A stretch of DNA of 19,325 nucleotides, from positions 1 through 19,325 of the forward strand of contig JAYVCD010000360.1 in assembly GCA_043750125.1 (NCBI GenBank), written 5' to 3'. Source of the DNA: Archangiaceae bacterium (lineage in GTDB: Bacteria > Myxococcota > Myxococcia > Myxococcales > Myxococcaceae). Below are positions 13,933-19,325 of the stretch, piece after piece. Position 1 is the stretch's first letter, and each line of letters begins with the position of its first letter. The position numbers and the translations under genes are program-made. Under the pieces are notes generated by a model, which was not told the origin of the DNA, searched no databases, and was given only the letters and a program-made list of their open reading frames with translations.

Positions 13933-14876
13933 GACGCCTTGCCCCCTGTGAGCTTCATGAAGATGTTCTCCAGTCGGCCGTGCGCCTTGTCGATGCGCAG
14001 CACGTCGAGGTTGGCCGCGACCAGCGCCTTCACCAGCTGGGGACGAAGCTCGGGCGACACGTCGACCCGCAGCGCACAGACGTCTGCGTCCATGCGGAGC
14101 AGTTGGGCGGCGGTGACCCCGGGCACTTTGTGCAGCGCATCGAGCGCCGTCTGGGAAGAGCCGCGGACATCGATTTCCACCGCTCCCCCACCGCCCAGGT
14201 TTCGCGCCAGCTCGTCCTCGGTACCCTGGGCGACGATTTCTCCCCCCTGGATCACGAGCAGCCGGTCACAGACCTGGGAAATTTCCGAGAGAATGTGGCT
14301 GGAAACCAACACGGTGTGTTCGCCCTTGAGCTCGCGAATCAGGTTTCGCATCTCGACGATCTGCACCGGGTCCAGACCGCCGGTGGGCTCGTCGAGGATC
14401 AGCAGCTTCGGCTTGTGAACGAGCGCCTGGGCGACTCCGACCCGCTGGCGGTAGCCGTGGCTCAAAGAAGAAATCGGCTGCTCGTCCATCGCCTGAAGGG
14501 ACGCCTTCTTCTGCGCATCGAGCACGTGCCCGCGCGCGTTCGAGGCGCTGACCCCGCGCAGCCGGGCCACGAACTCGAGGTAACCGCCGACCGTCATCTC
14601 GTCGTAGAGCGGGGGAACGTCGGGAAGAAACCCGATTCGCTTCCGGATCTCGTGCGGCTGGGAACCCACGTCGAACCCGTCGATGCTGACCCGCCCGGCG
14701 GTGGGCAAGAGCACGCACCCGAGGACCTTCAGCGTGGTGCTCTTTCCGGCTCCGTTGAGCCCCAGAAAACCAATCACCTCGCCGCGCTCGATGCTGAACG
14801 ACAGGTCACGAATTGCGGCGTGTTCCCCGTAGTACTTGGTGAGCCCTTCGACGTGGATCATGTCCGTGGCTTCCAA
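13929..14876 (-). CDS. ABC transporter ATP-binding protein (GldA-like)
   Basis: Walker A GLNGAGKST, signature LSHGYRQR, Walker B LLILDEP, H-loop SSH, C-terminal LENIF. Start TTG 14876 or ATG 14861. Confidence 0.95.
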   Translation of the reverse strand: MEATDMIHVEGLTKYYGEHAAIRDLSFSIERGEVIGFLGLNGAGKSTTLKVLGCVLLPTAGRVSIDGFDVGSQPHEIRKRIGFLPDVPPLYDEMTVGGYLEFVARLRGVSASNARGHVLDAQKKASLQAMDEQPISSLSHGYRQRVGVAQALVHKPKLLILDEPTGGLDPVQIVEMRNLIRELKGEHTVLVSSHILSEISQVCDRLLVIQGGEIVAQGTEDELARNLGGGGAVEIDVRGSSQTALDALHKVPGVTAAQLLRMDADVCALRVDVSPELRPQLVKALVAANLDVLRIDKAHGRLENIFMKLTGGKAS

Positions 14877-14894
14877 GGGAAATGAAGCAGGGTG

Positions 14895-15740
14895 TCAAGG
14901 CTTCTTCGGCCACGCGGCGGCCGCGGCGGTGGCCAACACCAGCAGTACGGTGGTGAGCACGGATGCCTCGGGGCCGAAGGGGCCGCCTGAGAAAAACCCG
15001 ACCGCGTGCACCGAGCCGACGAACACCGAGCTTCCCGGGTGGATCCCGCTGACGGGCTGCCCGAAGACAAAACCCTCGAAGAAGTTCCAGGCGGTGTGAG
15101 CCGCAATCGACGTCCACAGGCTGGTGCGGACCGCCAGGACGCCGAACCAGAGCCCGACCCCCGCCACGTTCAAGGCGGCGAGCGCCGAGGCGCCGGGGTT
15201 GAGCAGGTGCATCAACCCGAAAGCGCAACCGGTGAGCGCGACGGCGACCCAGGGGCGGGTGGCGATCATCAGCTGGCGCAGCACCACTCCGCGCAGCAGC
15301 AGCTCTTCGCCGACCGAAGTGGGGGCCAGCACGACCCACTCTCGCGCGGCGGCGAGCCCGAGCGCACTGAAGGAACCCTCGAACGGAGTCAGGGTCGCCT
15401 GCCCTGCGAGGAACGGAATTCCCACCGCGGCCGTCACCAGGCCCGCGCCCAGGGCAAGGCCCAGCCCCAGGTCTTTGAGCGCGCGGGAAAGCGGCAGACC
15501 GATTTCCGCCTTCAGCGCAAAGGCGCAGACGATCGTCGGCACTCCGGCCGTGACGAGCATCACCATCGTGGTGAAGAACAGGGAACCATCGTCCAGCGAC
15601 AACGGGTCGGTCGGGGTGAGACGAAGCACCGAGAGTGCCGTGTTCCCAATTCCGAACGTCACCGCGGCGAGGACGGCAAACAGGGCAATGACCCAGCCAC
15701 TGCGCGGTCGGTCGCGGGTCTCGTCGAGGAAGAACCCCAC
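14895..15740 (-). CDS. CPBP (CAAX/Abi) family intramembrane glutamic endopeptidase
   Basis: EELLLRG, FGLMHLLNP, SLWTSIAAHTAWN, GGPFGPEAS motifs; multiple TM segments. Confidence 0.92.
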   Translation of the reverse strand: MGFFLDETRDRPRSGWVIALFAVLAAVTFGIGNTALSVLRLTPTDPLSLDDGSLFFTTMVMLVTAGVPTIVCAFALKAEIGLPLSRALKDLGLGLALGAGLVTAAVGIPFLAGQATLTPFEGSFSALGLAAAREWVVLAPTSVGEELLLRGVVLRQLMIATRPWVAVALTGCAFGLMHLLNPGASALAALNVAGVGLWFGVLAVRTSLWTSIAAHTAWNFFEGFVFGQPVSGIHPGSSVFVGSVHAVGFFSGGPFGPEASVLTTVLLVLATAAAAAWPKKP

Positions 15741-15817
15741 GGGAAGACCGATTACTGCACAACCGCACTGTCGAGCGATCCGTTCTTCCGTTCGGCGCGT
15801 CCCGATGGGCGCGGGTC

Positions 15818-16324
15818 CTACCGAGCCGCTTTTCTGCGCACGGTTCGGCGCCGGCGAACGGTCGAGGGGCGAGCGGTTTTCTTCGGCCGCGCTCTGGGCT
15901 TGGATTTCCGCGGGGCCTTGCCGATGAAAGCATTGAGCAGCTCGAGCCCGTCACGAGGGGCGAGCGGGCTCTTCTTGCTGCGCCACTTCCGAAGCCACAG
16001 CGCGAGGGCCTGGGTGTCTTCAAAGGGCATTCCGTCACCGCGGTTGACGGCCCAGCCTTCGGTTTCGGCCGCAAAGCGCAGTACCCGCACTTCGAGCCCC
16101 TGGTGAAAGCAGCACAGCCACACCTGGTCTACCGGGGTCTGCATCGACCACCACACGCAAGACGTGAGGAAGCGCTTCGAAAATTCCTGCGCGTCGGACT
16201 TCCACTCGGCCCCGGGGACTTCCAGCCAGCCGCGGTGCTCGCGCACCCGAACGCCCGACTTCCCCAGCTGGACGCGGGTCGAGGCGTCGGGGGGAAGAAC
16301 GAGAACTTTGTAGTCGGACGCCAT
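15818..16324 (-). CDS. Hypothetical protein with a highly basic C-terminal tail
   Basis: Fills the gap between co-oriented genes. Globular-looking Trp-rich core followed by KAPRKSKPRARPKKTARPSTVRRRRTVRRKAAR. Confidence 0.65.
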   Translation of the reverse strand: MASDYKVLVLPPDASTRVQLGKSGVRVREHRGWLEVPGAEWKSDAQEFSKRFLTSCVWWSMQTPVDQVWLCCFHQGLEVRVLRFAAETEGWAVNRGDGMPFEDTQALALWLRKWRSKKSPLAPRDGLELLNAFIGKAPRKSKPRARPKKTARPSTVRRRRTVRRKAAR

Positions 16325-16348
16325 CCGCCCATCTTGGCCCAGAGGGCT

Positions 16349-17062
16349 TTAGTTTTCTTTGATTAACCTCGAGCCACCCGAGCTGTTGACCTGGGTGGTC
16401 TGCGGCGAGCCGGTCACGGTGAGCGTCGAGCCGCCGCTGGCGTTGCCGGCGATCGACTTCGAGCAGTTGACGCACACGCTCGAGCCACCGCTGACCTCGA
16501 CCACCCCCGCTTCCGCGACGAACCCGTGCGAGACGACCTTCGAGCCCCCCGAGGCGGCGACGCTCAGCCGGACGGTGGTGCCGCGGGTGAAGGTCACCTC
16601 GCTTCCGCCCGAGGCGTCGATGCTCACGTCGGTCGCGATCAGATCCGACAGCTCGACGGTGCTTCCTCCCGACGCGCCGACTTCGAAATTCGAGACGGCC
16701 GTCGCCGGCCCGACGAAGCCCGACGTGCCCGACAACATCAGCCCTTCGAGCACCTCGTTGCTCAACGTGGCCTTGATTCCGTGAGGGTCGGCGACGGGGT
16801 GCTTGAGCCGCACCACCAGGGTGTCCCCGCGCACGGTCGTCTCGACCTGGTCGATCAGGTTCTCATCGGCGGTGACCTTCACCGTTCGGGGACCGGTGGC
16901 GAAAGTGACCTGCACTCCACCGGAAACCTCGAGCTTTTTGAACGCCCCTATCTCGCGGGTCTGGCTCACCGACGTGCCGTTGCCGACGAGCTCGAAGCCT
17001 CCGCAGCCGGACAGAGAAGAGACCAGGGAAGCAATGAACAGGAACCGGGCGAGGAGGCTCAT
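16349..17062 (-). CDS. Head GIN domain (DUF2807) lipoprotein
   Basis: Lipobox LSG|C; GNG...Q.R.IG.F.KLEVSG, VTADENLIDQV; repeated (A/V)SGGS beta-helix motifs; AAGGA ribosome-binding site. Confidence 0.9.
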   Translation of the reverse strand: MSLLARFLFIASLVSSLSGCGGFELVGNGTSVSQTREIGAFKKLEVSGGVQVTFATGPRTVKVTADENLIDQVETTVRGDTLVVRLKHPVADPHGIKATLSNEVLEGLMLSGTSGFVGPATAVSNFEVGASGGSTVELSDLIATDVSIDASGGSEVTFTRGTTVRLSVAASGGSKVVSHGFVAEAGVVEVSGGSSVCVNCSKSIAGNASGGSTLTVTGSPQTTQVNSSGGSRLIKEN

Positions 17063-17183
17063 GAGAAGGTCCTTGAAACCAGCGTGTGTCGAATCAGGTG
17101 CCTGAGCGGACGAAAGTGATCACGGCGGAAGGCTCATTTGTTTTGCGGTTCGCGCCCCTTTTCCCGGGCTAAAAGACCTCAGA

Positions 17184-18140
17184 ATGTCGGTTGATCTCGC
17201 AGTCGAAATTCTTCGGGGCGGGGGGCTGGTCGCGCTGCCGACCGAGACGGTCTACGGGCTGGCGGCCGACGCTGAGAATGAGCTCGCGGTGCGCAAACTG
17301 TTCGCGGTCAAAGGTCGGCCGTCGAGCCACCCGTTGATCGTCCACATTGGCGAAGTTCATCAGATGTCGGAATGGGCGCGGACCGTGCCCCTGGCCGCGC
17401 AGCAGCTGGCGGCGGCGTTCTGGCCGGGGCCGCTGACCCTCGTCTTGCCGCGCAGCCCCCGGGCCTCGGACGCCGTCACCGGAGGGCAGGACACCGTCGC
17501 GCTTCGTGTGCCCAACCACCCCTTGACCTTGTCGGTGCTGCGGGAATTCGGGGGAGGCCTGGCCGCTCCGAGCGCGAACAAGTTCGGCCACCTGAGCCCC
17601 ACCACCGCGCAGCACGTGATCAGCGAGCTCGGGGACGAAGTGGATTTGATCTTCGATGGAGGCCCCTGCGCGATCGGCATCGAATCGACGATCGTCGACT
17701 TGAGCTCGGCCGTGCCGCGGCTGCTTCGCCCCGGTGGAGTTCCGCGCGAGCACATCGAGGCCCTGCTGGGGGTGAAGCTCGGCCTGCCGACCCCTTCGGT
17801 GCGCGCGCCGGGAATGCTGGCGTCCCACTACGCGCCCCGCGCCGGGCTGATTCTCACCACCCAGGAAAAGATTGTCGACGAGGCGGCGCAGAGGGAATTG
17901 TGGGGAGCCTCGGTCGCGGTGCTCTGTGCCCAGCGGCCCGCGTTGCCGGCGAGCATCAAGTACTTTGCGCTGCCGGTGGACCCGGCGGCCGCGGCGCGCA
18001 CGCTCTACGCGACGCTGCGCGAAATCGACGAGGCGGGCTTCGATGTGATCGTCGCGGTGTTGCCGCTCGAGACGGGCCTGGGGCTGGCGGTCCGAGATCG
18101 CCTCACCCGCGCGGCGGCGCCCCGCCCTTCAGTGAAGTGA
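17184..18140 (+). CDS. sua5: L-threonylcarbamoyladenylate synthase, Sua5 (long) form
   Basis: VALPTETVYGL, KGRPSSHPLIVH, FWPGPLTLVL, APSANKFG, GIESTIVD, LRPGG; Sua5 linker APGM.ASHYAP and C-terminal domain (LYATLRE.D, GLGLAVRDRL.RAA). Confidence 0.95.
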   Translation: MSVDLAVEILRGGGLVALPTETVYGLAADAENELAVRKLFAVKGRPSSHPLIVHIGEVHQMSEWARTVPLAAQQLAAAFWPGPLTLVLPRSPRASDAVTGGQDTVALRVPNHPLTLSVLREFGGGLAAPSANKFGHLSPTTAQHVISELGDEVDLIFDGGPCAIGIESTIVDLSSAVPRLLRPGGVPREHIEALLGVKLGLPTPSVRAPGMLASHYAPRAGLILTTQEKIVDEAAQRELWGASVAVLCAQRPALPASIKYFALPVDPAAAARTLYATLREIDEAGFDVIVAVLPLETGLGLAVRDRLTRAAAPRPSVK

Positions 18141-18512
18141 GTTGGGCTGGACCAGGGCGAACTCGCCGATCTTCCCTTCGAAGCCTTTGCCGTCGGGGCG
18201 GGCGAAAAAGTAGCTGCCGCGCATCGTCCCGAAGGGAGTCTTCAACATCGCCCAGCTGGTGTATTCGAAGGACTCGCCGGGGCCGAGCTTCGGCTGCTTG
18301 CCGACCACGCCTTCCCCGCGCACTTCCTCGACGCGACCTTCCCCGTCGGTAATGACCCAGAACCGGCTCTTCAGCTGTGCCGGCTCGGTGCCGACGTTCG
18401 AGATGGTCACCGTATAAGTGAAGGCAAACTGGTTGTGTTCGGGCTCACTGCGCTCGGACCAGTAGCTGGGCTTGATGCGAATTCGGATTCCGTCGGTGGT
18501 GGTGTCGGACAT
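18129..18512 (-). CDS. apaG: ApaG protein
   Basis: FAFTYTVTISN, QLKSRFWVITDG.G..EEVRGEGVVGKQP, FEYTS, TPFGTMRGSY. Its 3' end overlaps the convergent sua5 by 12 bp. Confidence 0.95.
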   Translation of the reverse strand: MSDTTTDGIRIRIKPSYWSERSEPEHNQFAFTYTVTISNVGTEPAQLKSRFWVITDGEGRVEEVRGEGVVGKQPKLGPGESFEYTSWAMLKTPFGTMRGSYFFARPDGKGFEGKIGEFALVQPNSLH

Positions 18513-18527
18513 GAGAGCGCGCGAAGC

Positions 18528-19325
18528 CTACTGCTTCACGGCGGGGTCCTTTAGCGAAGTCAGGGGGGAAGCAGGCAACTGTTCTTTTTTGGGGGGCCAG
18601 AGTATCGACCCGACGATCGCCACCACCAGCACCAGGGCGATGAAGCCGAGGCTGCCGAGGATCACCAGGCCCTCATGGGCGTGGGCCCAATCGTAGAAAT
18701 ACGTCTCGAGAATCAGCTTGCAGCCGACGAAGCCCAAGATGATTCCCAGGCCGACCTTCAAGTAGTGGAACGAGTCCATCAGCTTCGAGACCACGAAGAA
18801 GAGCGAGCGCAGCCCCATCACCGCGCAGGCGTTGGCGGTGAAGATGATGAACGCGTCCTGGCTGATGCCGAGGGCGGCCGGAATCGAGTCGAGCGCAAAC
18901 AGCACGTCGCTGGTCTCGACCACCAACAGCACCAGGAACAGCGGCGTCACCACCCGCTTCCCGTTCTCGAGCGAGAAAAAAGATTTGCCGTGATCTTGAT
19001 GAGCGACCGGCAGCACTTTGCGCGCCCAGCGCAGAATGACGTTCTTCTCGGGGTCCACGTCGTCTTCCTCACCGGTGGCGATCAGCTTGGCCGCGGTGTA
19101 GAGCAGGAAGATTCCGAACCCGTAGAGCACCCAGGTGAACTGGGTCACCAGCTTCGAGCCGAGGCCGATCAGCAGCGCGCGCATCGCGAACGCGCCGAGC
19201 ACTCCCCAATAGAGCAGGCGGTGCTGCGCGTCTTTCTTGATCTTGAAGTAGCTGAAGATGACGAGGAAGACGAAGAGGTTGTCGACCGAGAGCGCGTACT
19301 CGATGACGTAGACGGTGAGGAACGT
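18528..19325 (-). CDS. TerC/Alx family metal-homeostasis membrane protein (5' end outside the window)
   Basis: Frame is open to the window edge: YVIEYALSVDNLFVF...QHRLLYWGVLGAFAMR...ETSDVLFALDSIPA...FIIFTAN..AVMGLRSLFF. Confidence 0.93.
   Translation of the reverse strand, partial: TFLTVYVIEYALSVDNLFVFLVIFSYFKIKKDAQHRLLYWGVLGAFAMRALLIGLGSKLVTQFTWVLYGFGIFLLYTAAKLIATGEEDDVDPEKNVILRWARKVLPVAHQDHGKSFFSLENGKRVVTPLFLVLLVVETSDVLFALDSIPAALGISQDAFIIFTANACAVMGLRSLFFVVSKLMDSFHYLKVGLGIILGFVGCKLILETYFYDWAHAHEGLVILGSLGFIALVLVVAIVGSILWPPKKEQLPASPLTSLKDPAVKQ

Noticed and set aside
14895-15740. CPBP 'Abi' protease as a phage abortive-infection system
   Set aside because: The Abi label for this family is historical, and the gene sits in housekeeping context far from the defence remnant.
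16365-16700. Recurrent DNA motifs (CTCGAGCC(A/G)CC-like) as a repeat array
   Set aside because: Explained by the repeated SGGS turns of the GIN/DUF2807 beta-helix.
18129-18140. 12-bp convergent overlap of sua5 and apaG as a regulatory feature
   Set aside because: Short 3' overlaps are common in compact GC-rich genomes.

Overview
GC-rich bacterial DNA, most consistent with Myxococcota (inferred from the AgmX/PglI-type C-terminal domain protein, the GldAFG/DUF4340-type ABC cluster and the GC-rich coding style; not verified by search). Positions 1-~1930 are a decayed accessory patch. It holds an IS21-like terminal repeat, a multiply frameshifted IS1182/IS5-like (DUF772) transposase 5' fragment, and collapsed pieces of a Wadjet anti-plasmid system (internal jetA, 3' jetB, 5' jetC, no jetD) joined by deletions. 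The rest looks like intact chromosome: alkA-type glycosylase; a four-gene + strand signalling cluster; a small hypothetical gene; DUF1223; a signal-less LysM/Cys-His peptidoglycan hydrolase with a sigma28-like -10 box; an AgmX/PglI-type protein; a Gld-like ABC operon; a CPBP protease; a hypothetical gene; a GIN/DUF2807 lipoprotein; Sua5/TsaC; apaG; and a partial TerC/Alx gene. The most interesting candidate system is the signalling cluster at 2745-7876: a CheY-like receiver, a membrane-anchored FecR/FN3-like protein, an FN3-like repeat protein with a C-terminal beta-barrel, and a Cache-HAMP histidine kinase. One Ig/FN3-like domain appears split between the two envelope proteins, suggesting a trans-envelope tether read out by a two-component system rather than an ECF sigma factor. 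All family assignments come from motif recognition, not database searches.
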